Source of the DNA: an uncultured bacterium
GTDB taxonomy: Bacteria > Actinomycetota > Acidimicrobiia > Spongiisociales > UBA5794
DNA: 64,000 bases
Direction of reading: 5' to 3'
Assembly: GCA_963801165.1 (NCBI GenBank)
Contig: CAWDDT010000006.1
Coordinates: forward strand, 224,001-288,000
Numbering within the stretch: position 1 is the stretch's first letter; each line of letters begins with the position of its first letter. The notes below the pieces were generated by a model, which had not been told where the DNA came from, did not search any database, and saw only the letters and a list, made by a program, of their open reading frames with translations. This document shows positions 47,101-56,782 of this stretch, piece by piece. Both the position numbers and the translations under genes were made by a program.

Positions 47101-47699
47101 GCGGGCGCCACGTCGTACTCGGCATCGGCAACATCCTCAACCGTGACGAGGGTTTGGGGGTAAGGGCGCTCGATCTGCTCGAAGAGCGGGTCGGCGTCGT
47201 CCCCGATGTCGAGTACGTCGACGGCGGTGTGATGGGCCTGACGCTGCTACCTCTAGTCGAAGAGTGCGACCATCTCCTCGTCCTCGACGCCATCGACGCC
47301 GGGGCCGAGCCGGGCGAGCTCATCGAGATGAGCGGAGACGAGATACGGCTGTTCAGCGGAGTCAAGATGTCCGAGCACCAGATCACCTTCCAGGAGGTCT
47401 TGGGGTTGGCGTTCATCCGTGACAAGCTCCCCCCTCACTTGCACCTCATAGGTGCGCAGCCCGCGAACCTGTCCATCGGCCTCGAGATCTCGGACCGGGT
47501 GCGCCGCACTCTCTCCCCCATCGTCGTGCGAGCCGCGGCAGTGCTACGCGACTGGGGATTCGAAGTGCCCGATGGGCTGGAAGGTAGCGACCGGGGGGAG
47601 GGGTCACGGTCGACGACGACCATCGCAGATCCTTCCGACGGTCCTATCCCCCCGACGTGGGCGGACAGCCGCGTCCCGAGCCGTCTCGGACCGGCCTGA
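47097..47699 (+). CDS. HyaD/HybD hydrogenase maturation endopeptidase
   Basis: LGIGNIL..DEGLGV, DGG, LDA, SEHQ. Confidence 0.95.
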   Translation: MSGRHVVLGIGNILNRDEGLGVRALDLLEERVGVVPDVEYVDGGVMGLTLLPLVEECDHLLVLDAIDAGAEPGELIEMSGDEIRLFSGVKMSEHQITFQEVLGLAFIRDKLPPHLHLIGAQPANLSIGLEISDRVRRTLSPIVVRAAAVLRDWGFEVPDGLEGSDRGEGSRSTTTIADPSDGPIPPTWADSRVPSRLGPA

Positions 47700-47701
47700 C
47701 C

Positions 47702-47995
47702 ATGTGTCTCGGGATCCCCAGTCGCGTCGTGTCACTCGAGAAGAATCTCCTCGGCATGACCATGGGGCGCGTCGAAGCGGGTGGTGTGGTTCGAGAGGTG
47801 TGCCTTGACTACGTTCCCGACGCTACGGTCGGCGATTACGTAATGGTCCAGATGGGCTTTGCCGTCAACCGGATCAGCGACGAGGAAGCCGGCGACGTCC
47901 TCGATGCGCTCGAGCAACTCGTTGACCTCAGTCCGATCGATCGCGATAGCCTCCCTTCAGGGTCCGGTGCCCTCAGAAGCGAGAACAACCAATGA
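47702..47995 (+). CDS. hypC: Hydrogenase chaperone HypC/HybG
   Basis: MCLGIP start, VGDYVMVQMGFA (Gln where His is usual). Confidence 0.93.
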   Translation: MCLGIPSRVVSLEKNLLGMTMGRVEAGGVVREVCLDYVPDATVGDYVMVQMGFAVNRISDEEAGDVLDALEQLVDLSPIDRDSLPSGSGALRSENNQ

Positions 47996-49044
47996 GACAG
48001 ATAAGGGTGCTGAACCTCGGCGAGGTGGACTCGGTCCGCTCTCAGTCGATCTATCACGCCGTCGGGAGGGCGCTCACCGCCGATTCCCCCGACACCATCA
48101 TCATGGTGACGGGCAAGGACCCTTATGTGTCGATCGGCTTTCACCAGGATCTGCACAGCGAAGTCGACACCGACTTCTGCGCCAGCGCCGGCTTGACGGT
48201 GGTGCGACGCGAGGTCGGCGGCGGCGCCGTGTATCTCGACCGCAACCAGATGTTCACCCAGTGGGTGTTTCACAACTCCAGCCTCCCTGGTGACCTCAAC
48301 GACCAGTTTGCGCTATATATCAAGCCGCTTGTCGACACGTATCGGGCGCTCGGCATCGACGCCTATCTGCGCCCCGTCAACGACATCCACGTCGACAACA
48401 AGAAGATCGGCGGCACCGGCGCCGCCCAGATCGACGAGGCCCGGGTGCTCGTCGGCAGCCTCATGTTCGACTTCGACAAGGCAACCATGGCCAGGGTGCT
48501 CAAGGTCCCGGACGAGAAGATGCGTGACAAGATCTTCGCCGGTCTCGAGCAATACATGGTGACGATGGCCGATCTGCTCCCCGAGTCGCCGGACCGCGAT
48601 GCCACCATTACGCTCTATCTCGAGAAGTGCGCCGAGACGCTCGACGCCGAGCTCGTCCCCGGCGAGCCCACCGCACATGAGTTGGAGATAGCAGCCGAGC
48701 TCGACGACCTCTTCGTCAGTGAGGAATGGCTCAACGCCAGGACTTCCCTCCCCCGCGATGGCGTCAAGATCCACGAGGGGGTCTCCGTGATCGGTGGGAT
48801 GTTCAAGTCACCGGGTGGGCTGATCCGGGCCACGGCCCATCGCATCGACGGTGCCCTTGCCGACGTCAACTTCTCCGGCGACTTCACCATCCTGCCTGCG
48901 GAGGGCCTCAAGGTCCTGGAAGATGCGGCGGCAGGGGACGTCACAGGTGTCCGGGGCCGTCTCCAATCGGTCTACACCGAGTACGACCTCGAGACACCCG
49001 GCGTCCTCCCCGAGCATTTCGTCGCTGCCCTGCTTGGCGGCTGA
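47992..49044 (+). CDS. Lipoate-protein ligase (LplA / sLpl(AB)-like)
   Basis: VSIGFHQ, RREVGGGAVYLD, PVNDI...KKIGGTGA, C-terminal KSPGGLIR...SGDF domain. Confidence 0.92.
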   Translation: MRQIRVLNLGEVDSVRSQSIYHAVGRALTADSPDTIIMVTGKDPYVSIGFHQDLHSEVDTDFCASAGLTVVRREVGGGAVYLDRNQMFTQWVFHNSSLPGDLNDQFALYIKPLVDTYRALGIDAYLRPVNDIHVDNKKIGGTGAAQIDEARVLVGSLMFDFDKATMARVLKVPDEKMRDKIFAGLEQYMVTMADLLPESPDRDATITLYLEKCAETLDAELVPGEPTAHELEIAAELDDLFVSEEWLNARTSLPRDGVKIHEGVSVIGGMFKSPGGLIRATAHRIDGALADVNFSGDFTILPAEGLKVLEDAAAGDVTGVRGRLQSVYTEYDLETPGVLPEHFVAALLGG

Positions 49045-49772
49045 TGACGGCCGCCGACATCTTCGCTCGCTATGCCTACCCGCCAAATGAGCTGGGCTAT
49101 TGCGGCCCCGCCAACAGTGGTGAGGTGCTCAGCTGCGGTCTCGCCGGTCTCGAGGCCACGGCCCGGTGCTTTGAGGGTACCTGGCCGTACTTCGAGTTCA
49201 TCGCGACAAGACACGGGCTCGACCCCCTCGACGGGCGGGTTGTCGAATCATACTGGCTCGGTGGTGCGCTAACCGAAGGTCTGGATGTGAAGGTCGAGGG
49301 CGCCGACCTGCTGGAGGAACTGGCCCGTGCAGGCGGCACCTGGGCACACAGCACCGAAGATCTGCTCCCCGGCATGACCCCCGATCACAACTTCCATGTG
49401 TTCGCCATCTACCCGTGGCTCGGCTTGCTCTCGCGCAACCTGAGCGACCAGCCCCGTTTGGTGCTCGACCGGTGCCGGATCCGCTGGGGTGAGCTGATCG
49501 CGATCGATGGTGATACCGCAACGGTCGCCTCAGCTGCGATCGAATGGGATGGAGAGCGTCTCAGCCTCGGACCAAGCCGTAATGAGGCTGTGGTTCTGGC
49601 GAAAGGCCCGATCAGGCTGGCAGGAGAGGTCTCCCCAGGAGATGTGGTGGCGTTGCACTGGAACTGGATCTGTGGAGCGATCTCGCAGGAGCAGTTGGCT
49701 CATCTGCGCCGGTCGACGGCGACCCACCTGGACATCGCCAACCAGCGTCTGGAGCTAGGGTTGGTGGACTGA
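49044..49772 (+). CDS. DUF6390 family protein
   Basis: FARYAYPPNELGYCGP, H.FHV, CRIRWG, GDVVALHW.W.C. Confidence 0.8.
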   Translation: MTAADIFARYAYPPNELGYCGPANSGEVLSCGLAGLEATARCFEGTWPYFEFIATRHGLDPLDGRVVESYWLGGALTEGLDVKVEGADLLEELARAGGTWAHSTEDLLPGMTPDHNFHVFAIYPWLGLLSRNLSDQPRLVLDRCRIRWGELIAIDGDTATVASAAIEWDGERLSLGPSRNEAVVLAKGPIRLAGEVSPGDVVALHWNWICGAISQEQLAHLRRSTATHLDIANQRLELGLVD

Positions 49773-49862
49773 CAGCAAGTCCGGGAACTCGACGACGGAC
49801 CTGAACGTCCTATCGTTGCGGGCCATCCCAGCAAAGGGTTCCGCTCGATCCCAGGGAGGACG

Positions 49863-50864
49863 ATGACACGAGCGTGTGCGATCGCTGCATTGAGCCTGTT
49901 GATGGCGACCGGCTGCACTGTCAGCGGCGATCCTCATTCGGGGACGGCATCAGAAACCACCCCGGCCGTGCCCGCGACACACGTCGCGCCGCCTGGTTCA
50001 GAATCCACGCAGGCAGCAACGTCTACCGTCCCGACGACGCCAGCCCTGCGCGTGACGGGCCCAGACGCAAACGGTACATACGCGGTTGTTGCAGCCACGG
50101 TCGACGCGTGGAGAACCTGCTGGGACGACACCGCCCCCTCCGAATACCAAATGTCTGTCGCCGTAGCCGCGTTCGCGTTGCTCCCAGCCAGCGTCTCTCA
50201 CGTCATCGACGGAGAGGCTGTCGAAGCGTACGGGTCCGGTGACGATCCGGTCACGATGATCAACGTCTGGGAAGGTATCGACAGACTGCTGAGCAATCGA
50301 CCCGACTCGATCGCGATCGAGTTCGACCCCGATCTCTGCTATCCGACATTTATCGGAGTCGATGAGGATCGTGCCATTGAGGACGACGGGATGACCGAGC
50401 GCATCCTCATGCAGCCCGGAGGTCGGCCCGAGGGTCGGCAGGTGATCGGCTCTGTCGATCATGTCGATTACGCGGACGCCACGGATGAGAACACCACGAC
50501 GGTTGTGCTAGAGGATGGTTCGAGTTTCGATGTCCACCTAGCGGATGACATCTGGAGACAATGCCGGAAAGACACCTCTGGCTGTGGGGCGCTGGCCATC
50601 CTCGACGACTCGGGTGACGCTCTGTACGCCTTGCCGTTGTCGCTCAACGCCGATCGCACGCAGTGGCACGTCCCAACCGTCGGTGTGTTGGACATCGCGG
50701 GCGACCCACTTGTGCTCTGGGAAGGTCCTGTGCTGGACCGTGCCAACGAGCTTGACGCGTCACAGTGCAATGGCAGCATCGAGATCGGTGTAGCCACGGC
50801 GATCGGCGGCGAGATCCTCGTCGAGACGGTCACCGGCGTGGCCACCGGATACACCTGTTGGTGA
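49863..50864 (+). CDS. Putative lipoprotein, hypothetical
   Basis: GGAGG Shine-Dalgarno, lipobox ATGC, Thr/Pro linker. Confidence 0.7.
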   Translation: MTRACAIAALSLLMATGCTVSGDPHSGTASETTPAVPATHVAPPGSESTQAATSTVPTTPALRVTGPDANGTYAVVAATVDAWRTCWDDTAPSEYQMSVAVAAFALLPASVSHVIDGEAVEAYGSGDDPVTMINVWEGIDRLLSNRPDSIAIEFDPDLCYPTFIGVDEDRAIEDDGMTERILMQPGGRPEGRQVIGSVDHVDYADATDENTTTVVLEDGSSFDVHLADDIWRQCRKDTSGCGALAILDDSGDALYALPLSLNADRTQWHVPTVGVLDIAGDPLVLWEGPVLDRANELDASQCNGSIEIGVATAIGGEILVETVTGVATGYTCW

Positions 50865-51178
50865 TCCGTTCCAGCGTGGGCCTGGTGTCATCGCCCGAGC
50901 TGTCCGAATCCGGCGAGATCACGCCTGCGCGCTACCACCCCGTTGCGTCGCCACATCCGCGAATCGTCGACAACCTCCTAATGTCGTCCTAGGAGGGCGC
51001 TGGTAATCGCCGAGAAGGCCTGCACGCAGTGCAGGTACGGTCGCTCCACCCCTGATTCCTCGCTGTTCCTGACCAGGTATCGAGCCTGAACTGGAATTAT
51101 TCAGCACGCTGCTAGGAGGGTCGTTCGCGTAGACGCCGACGACCGTGGCGGGAGGTGCCCGCCGCTAGGGTGTCGCCA

Positions 51179-51379
51179 ATGTTCACATCACGCCAAAGGT
51201 TTCTCGTGGCGGCAGGATCGACCATCCTGCTCGCTATCACGGTGGTCGCCTTTCTGTTGTTCGACCGGAACTCGCACTCCGCCAGCGACACGCTGCGCCC
51301 GTTCCTGATCCTCATGGTTCCTGTTTGGCTGTTTGCGCTAGGCATCGGCCGGTACCTCATCACCGGCAGGCGTCGCTGA
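51179..51379 (+). CDS. Small two-TM membrane protein
   Basis: Two hydrophobic helices and a basic C-terminus. Confidence 0.5.
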   Translation: MFTSRQRFLVAAGSTILLAITVVAFLLFDRNSHSASDTLRPFLILMVPVWLFALGIGRYLITGRRR

Positions 51380-51588
51380 CCGGCCGCACCAAGCGCCCCC
51401 CCATCCCTTCTTGCGGACGTGAAGCCTACGTGTAGACATGACGTACGCCGGAACGCGGACGCCGCCGACCCCCCGGCTTCCGGCGTCTCGAGTGCCTACA
51501 TGCTGACATGGTGTACGCAAGAGCGCCGACGTCGACGAGCCGCTCCGGACCGCTTCAACCGGATGAGCCGACACGTCACGAACGCAAC

Positions 51589-53526
51589 TCAGGGCAACAG
51601 GATTCCTCTCCCCACCAGCCTGATCGCGGTCGGGTCGTCGACGAGGCCCGCGATGGTCTGTGCCAGTGATCGGTCTGCCACGGGCACCTGCACCTCCACC
51701 CGGCCGCCCGGTCCGGTGGCGACCGCATACGAGCCGCCGATCTCAGGAATGTCGCGAAGGAGCGGAACGATGGAGTCCTGGATACGACGCTGTTCCGCCT
51801 CACTGCGCGAGACTTCGATCACGCACGCCCCGCCCGAGGCCGCCAACGCCTCCCGGTGGGGCGCCGGATCCCCGACCACCTGGAGAACGAGCGTGCCGTC
51901 GTTGGCTACGTAGAGACCACCGTTGGCATCACCCAGCGAGCTGGCGTACTGATTGATCGGGCCGGCCCCGGCCCCGGTGGCAACGCCTTGACACTCGGCG
52001 GGGAGCTCGCCGGGCGGGTAGCGGAGACCGAGATCCAGGTATGACGCTTCCGACTGGCTGATGACTTCTACCGCACCATCCACGGGCGGCCAGGTGACGA
52101 CGAGTGTCTGCTCACCCCACCGGACACCACTTGCCTCTTCCGTCCACCCCTCCATATCGAGCCCATTGGCCACAGGTCCGGAGCATTGCGGCGGGAGGGA
52201 ATCCATGACCGCGCCGAGGCAGAGTTCGGGACCATCCCCGGAATCGATGACCGTCGTGGTGACCTCGACATGGGTTGCTTGCGCGGGCAGGTTATCCAGA
52301 CGTGTCGGCGTGACCACCTCGACGCCTTCCACCTCGTACACACGCATGTCGGGATTGGCGTTTGGCTCGGCGACGGTCGTTGTGGTTGGCTCGACTGGAG
52401 CCCCTTCCCGACGAAACGTCACCGGATGCGACGCACCCTCGAGGTTGCTGCCGTACCACTCCATCGTGTCGCCGTCCATGACCACCTCGATACCATCCGG
52501 CGTGTTCCGAAGCACGGCCAGGAGCACGCTCTGGGCGGTATCTCTGCCGCAGCCTCCGGCAGTCGCAACCACTTCTCCATGCGTGAGGAATCCGGCCGAG
52601 TACTCAAAATCGGTCGGCCAGATGGCGTTGCACCCCGTCGATCCCTCGAACGTGCCGGCGACCCCAGCACTGGTGACTTCGTCGACTGCAAACTCGAGCC
52701 ACGGCTCGTCATCCGCATTCACGCCTGGTTCGATCCGGATCTCATCGTTCCCTTCCTGCCACGATGCAAAGATCCAGTGCCCCTCAATTGCTCCAGGGCC
52801 GCCGGGAACCGCACTCGAAGTTGTAGTTGACAACGTCGTGGTCGATGTACTCTCGGACGATGCCGAGTCCGTGCGACGTAAGGTCAGCGGAGACCACGTA
52901 CTCACGGCATTCCTGCCGTACCACTCCATCGTGTCGCCGTCCATGACAACTTCGATCCCGGCGGGGTTGTTCACTACCATGGCCCGCAAGACTCGTTCCG
53001 CAGTGTCCGGATCGCACCCCATGGCCGTCGTGTCCATCTGCCCCAGGTCGAGAAAACCCGCGGAGTAGTGGTAGTTGGCCAGCACGATTCCATTGCATCC
53101 TGTCGATCCGGTGAAGGTTCCGACCGTGCCCCCGCTGTCAGGTGCCGCGGTGAACACAAGAAACACTTCACCGGTCGTGTTGACCCCAATCTTGACCGGA
53201 ATCTGTTTCCCGTCTTCTTCCCACGACTCGAGAACCCACCTACCTTCGATCGAACCACCTGCAGCCGCATCCGAGGGCGGCGTTGCGGAATCGCCCGGCT
53301 CCCCACGGTCGCTGCTACCTACACGGCCGAGCAAGAGGATCGAGCCCACACCCACAAGGATCACAACAGCCGCGGCAACGGCAGCCAACCAACCGCTTCC
53401 GATCCGGTGCGACGGAGGCCCGAAGTCGTACTGCAATGACTCCCATGCCGGTGCGGGTGGCGCCTCGTCCAGCACGGGGGCGAGACCCTCGTTGAACACC
53501 GCCGCCACGTCGCGCTCATCGGTCAT
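51589..53526 (-). CDS. Membrane-anchored protein with two META-like domains (putative anti-sigma partner)
   Basis: Short cytoplasmic N-terminus, TM, duplicated IEG.W...SW...GSTGCN...YSAGFL...GIEVVMDGDTMEWYG. Confidence 0.75.
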   Translation of the reverse strand: MTDERDVAAVFNEGLAPVLDEAPPAPAWESLQYDFGPPSHRIGSGWLAAVAAAVVILVGVGSILLLGRVGSSDRGEPGDSATPPSDAAAGGSIEGRWVLESWEEDGKQIPVKIGVNTTGEVFLVFTAAPDSGGTVGTFTGSTGCNGIVLANYHYSAGFLDLGQMDTTAMGCDPDTAERVLRAMVVNNPAGIEVVMDGDTMEWYGRNAVSTWSPLTLRRTDSASSESTSTTTLSTTTSSAVPGGPGAIEGHWIFASWQEGNDEIRIEPGVNADDEPWLEFAVDEVTSAGVAGTFEGSTGCNAIWPTDFEYSAGFLTHGEVVATAGGCGRDTAQSVLLAVLRNTPDGIEVVMDGDTMEWYGSNLEGASHPVTFRREGAPVEPTTTTVAEPNANPDMRVYEVEGVEVVTPTRLDNLPAQATHVEVTTTVIDSGDGPELCLGAVMDSLPPQCSGPVANGLDMEGWTEEASGVRWGEQTLVVTWPPVDGAVEVISQSEASYLDLGLRYPPGELPAECQGVATGAGAGPINQYASSLGDANGGLYVANDGTLVLQVVGDPAPHREALAASGGACVIEVSRSEAEQRRIQDSIVPLLRDIPEIGGSYAVATGPGGRVEVQVPVADRSLAQTIAGLVDDPTAIRLVGRGILLP

Positions 53527-53991
53527 CGGTGAACCTCCCGAGCTTCTCCCTGACGAGATGGAGATACCGTCGCACGGTGCCGTCGCTCCACCCCATCAGC
53601 TCGGCCGTCTCGACGGCCGTGTACTCACACCAGTAGACCAGGTAGGCGGCGGCACGCTGCTGCGGTGGTAGAGCCATGACCGCGTCGGTGAGATCGGTCC
53701 GGGCGATGTCGGCCGCGTCGCGGGCCTGTTGACCCGGCCCTACGCGAACCATCGCTGCTCGCTGTCTGTCTTGCCCCGATGGAGTTGACGTACTTCGTTC
53801 ATCACTGCCTGCATCAGGTATGCCTGTGGCTTCTCTATCGACGAGAGCGACCGCTTGCCGAGCACACGGACCACGACCGCCGACACGACGTCGGGTGCGT
53901 CCGCCGGTCCGACCAGGGCCGTGGCGAAGCGCACCAACGCCGGTGCGACGGCTTCGTAGACCTCACTGTCGCCAGACCCCACGCTGCTCAT
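53516..53991 (-). pseudogene. ECF sigma factor, frameshifted near 53770
   Basis: Region 2 (LVRFATALVG..DA.DVV) and region 4 (LPPQQR...ETAELMG.S.GTV) are in different frames. Confidence 0.8.
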
Positions 53992-54347
53992 CTTCCCGTG
54001 TTGAATGCCGCAGACGATAGAACCGTTGCACGCCTTTTCCTGGTGGACACCGCTTGCAACAGCGTCTACCCGAGCGCCGCGTCACCGTTCTCGAGCTTGT
54101 CTTCACAGAAACACCCACCCGGGCCATTTGGGAACCGACCCAGGACCCGAGGCCGTTCGGCCCTGGCAACGCCACCGTCCGATGCATTACATTTCCCATA
54201 TATGCGGTGACGTGCATGCGCCTGGGTAGCACATGGCGGCAGCGCATCGATGAAACCGGATCCCGCCGGTCCTAGATGCGTCGCACGTCACCCTTCCTCT
54301 CGAAACAACGCGCTCCACCTCGGTGGAGCGCGCCTGGTAGACGCCGG

Positions 54348-55418
54348 CTATGCCTCCGGCTCGTCGACCAACGTCGCCAGCAGCGATGCAGTCGACTCCG
54401 TGGCGTGGTCTCCTGCCTCCCCCAGTACGCCCCGTTCCACCAGGGTAAAGAGAAAGCCGAGCGCAGGGACAGCCAGGAGCCCGGCGAGAGCGAACGCACC
54501 CAGAAGCGCGATGAGCACCGCATTCGATGAGGCATAACCGGAGACGGTGATGTTGGGCTCGAGGAGATTCGGGTACTGTGCCGCTCCCCAACCCCACAGG
54601 ACGGTTGCCGTGGCCAGCACGGCGGCCACCCGGGCGGGCCCGAACCGCTCTTGCCGCACCAGCCACAAAGTCAACAGACCACCAGTCGCCGAGCCGGCCA
54701 TGAGGGGAACGCCCCGCAACGAGACGAGACCGTCGAAGAGCTCGGGGGCGTCGACGGCAAGCACGCCGATCCCCGCGACCGCCACGACACCAACCGCGAC
54801 CCCGGTAACCATGGCTCTCGTCTTGAAGTAGCCGGTCAGGGTCGCGTCCGCGATGGCCGCCGCATCGCGACACGAGAACACAGCAGCGATGAATGCCGTG
54901 GCCCCTACTGCCATCACCCCGCCGAGTATCGAGGTCGGGTTGAGCCAGGAGGTCACAGGGTCACCGGCTGCGTTGCCAAGCGGAACCCGCCCCGACGCCA
55001 CACCCCCCGCGATGGTTCCCAGGAAGAAGGGGGTGAGGATCGATGAGAGCGCGAAAGTCAATCCCAGGGCGCGCTGCCGGTTGAGGGTGGCCGCCCACTT
55101 GCGGAAAGCAAACGATGAACCGCGCAGGATGATGCCGAGGGCCGAGAGCGTCAACGGTATGTACATAGTCGTTGCGATGGAAACGAAGGGCTCGGGAAAA
55201 GCGGTCCACAGAAAGACGAGGACAAAGATCAGCCACACGTGGTTGGCTTCCCACACCGGGCCGATGGTGTGCTCGAGGAAGGTGCGCACCGGGCCACCCT
55301 TCCTGGCGCTGCCGGCGAACAGGTCCCAGAAACCGGCGCCGAAGTCGGCGCCACCCAGAATGCCGTATGCGGTGACACCTGCCCAGATGACGACCAGGAC
55401 TGCGTTGGCGAGGGTCAT
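54348..55418 (-). CDS. cydB: Cytochrome bd ubiquinol oxidase subunit II
   Basis: GGADFGAG, GPVWEANHVWL, ILRG..F.FR. Confidence 0.95.
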   Translation of the reverse strand: MTLANAVLVVIWAGVTAYGILGGADFGAGFWDLFAGSARKGGPVRTFLEHTIGPVWEANHVWLIFVLVFLWTAFPEPFVSIATTMYIPLTLSALGIILRGSSFAFRKWAATLNRQRALGLTFALSSILTPFFLGTIAGGVASGRVPLGNAAGDPVTSWLNPTSILGGVMAVGATAFIAAVFSCRDAAAIADATLTGYFKTRAMVTGVAVGVVAVAGIGVLAVDAPELFDGLVSLRGVPLMAGSATGGLLTLWLVRQERFGPARVAAVLATATVLWGWGAAQYPNLLEPNITVSGYASSNAVLIALLGAFALAGLLAVPALGFLFTLVERGVLGEAGDHATESTASLLATLVDEPEA

Positions 55419-56782
55419 CGGGAGACCGCCGAATCAGGCCCGTACGGCGCCGGAGCGTCGTCACCAACAGCGAACCGTTTGGCCATGCGGCGCAGCACGG
55501 CGACCGTGATCGTGCCGAGCGCGATGTAGACGATCGCGATTGCCGTCGCCGACACGACGATGCCTCCTGCCCTCGTCACTGCGTCGGTGGTGCGGACGAT
55601 GCCGTAGACGATCCACGGCTGTCTGCCGACCTCGGTAGTCACCCATCCTGCCTCGACCGCAACCATCGCTCCGATACCCGCCGGCGCGGCCAGCCGCCAA
55701 AACCATCGCGACGCCGGGAGATCGCGGCGCCGCCACCAGGCAATACCGAACCAGAGAGCGAGCAGGAGAAGACCGGTGCCGATCGCCACCATGATCTGGA
55801 AAGACGTGTGGACGATATTGGCATGTGGCTGATCCTCAGGTGCGACCGAGTCGAGCCCGGGAACGACCCCGTTTACGTCGTGGGTACCCAGCCACGACGC
55901 GAGCGCCGGGATCTCGATCGCTCCCTTCACCTCGCCGTCCACCAGCACGCCCCCCAGGCTCAGCGGCGCCCGGCTTTGTGTGTGCGTGAGCAACTCGATC
56001 GCAGCGAACTTGGCCGGCTGGGCGTCGATCAACCGCCGGGTAGCGGCATCGCCGACCACGATCTGCACCGGTGCGGCGATGGCGGCAACAACGAACGGGA
56101 TCATGAACCCGAGACGGTGGAGCCGATCGCGGCGTCCCTTCAGCCAGCCGACGGCGTACACGCCGGCCACCGTGAACCCGGAGACCATGTAGGCAGCCAG
56201 CACCATGTGCAGGTACTGGATCCCGACCGCCGGGTTGAACATGGCGGCCAGCGGGTTGACGTCGGTGATGCTGCCGTCGGCGGCGATGCGGAAGCCGGCA
56301 GGTGAGTTCATCCAGGCGTTCGCCGAGAGCACGAAGAAGGACCCGGCGATCCCGGCGGCGACGATCGGGAACAAGGTGAAGAAGTGGAGGCGGGCCGGTA
56401 GCCGGTTCCAGCCGTACAGATAGATCGCGATGAAGATCGCCTCCAGAAAGAAGGACACGCCCTCGAGAGCGAACGGAAGCCCGATTACATCGCCATAGGG
56501 ACCCATCAGACCGGGCCACAGCATCCCCATCTCGAAGCTGAGGATCGTGCCTGAGACGGCGCCGACGGCGAACAGGACCGCCATGGCCTTCGCCCAGCGT
56601 TTGGCCAACTGGAGGGCGGCCGCATCGCGGTGGCGCAGCCCGCGGCGGTGGGCGATCAGCGTCATCACGGGGAATCCGATCCCCATCGCGGCAAAGATGA
56701 TGTGGAATCCGAGGCTGATCGCCATCTGTGACCGCGCCGCAGCCAGGTTGGCGTCTGCGATCAGTCCGACCCAATCCGCCAT
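55415..56782 (-). CDS. cydA: Cytochrome bd ubiquinol oxidase subunit I (short Q-loop)
   Basis: FHIIF, GAVSG...FE, FFLE, ANAWM, QPAKFAAIE, EAGW..TEVGRQPW. Confidence 0.96.
   Translation of the reverse strand: MADWVGLIADANLAAARSQMAISLGFHIIFAAMGIGFPVMTLIAHRRGLRHRDAAALQLAKRWAKAMAVLFAVGAVSGTILSFEMGMLWPGLMGPYGDVIGLPFALEGVSFFLEAIFIAIYLYGWNRLPARLHFFTLFPIVAAGIAGSFFVLSANAWMNSPAGFRIAADGSITDVNPLAAMFNPAVGIQYLHMVLAAYMVSGFTVAGVYAVGWLKGRRDRLHRLGFMIPFVVAAIAAPVQIVVGDAATRRLIDAQPAKFAAIELLTHTQSRAPLSLGGVLVDGEVKGAIEIPALASWLGTHDVNGVVPGLDSVAPEDQPHANIVHTSFQIMVAIGTGLLLLALWFGIAWWRRRDLPASRWFWRLAAPAGIGAMVAVEAGWVTTEVGRQPWIVYGIVRTTDAVTRAGGIVVSATAIAIVYIALGTITVAVLRRMAKRFAVGDDAPAPYGPDSAVSR

Noticed and set aside
50865-51178. 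ncRNA or small gene in the intergenic gap
   Set aside because: Only a short hairpin and a repeated CTAGGAGGG 9-mer. No recognisable family or convincing ORF
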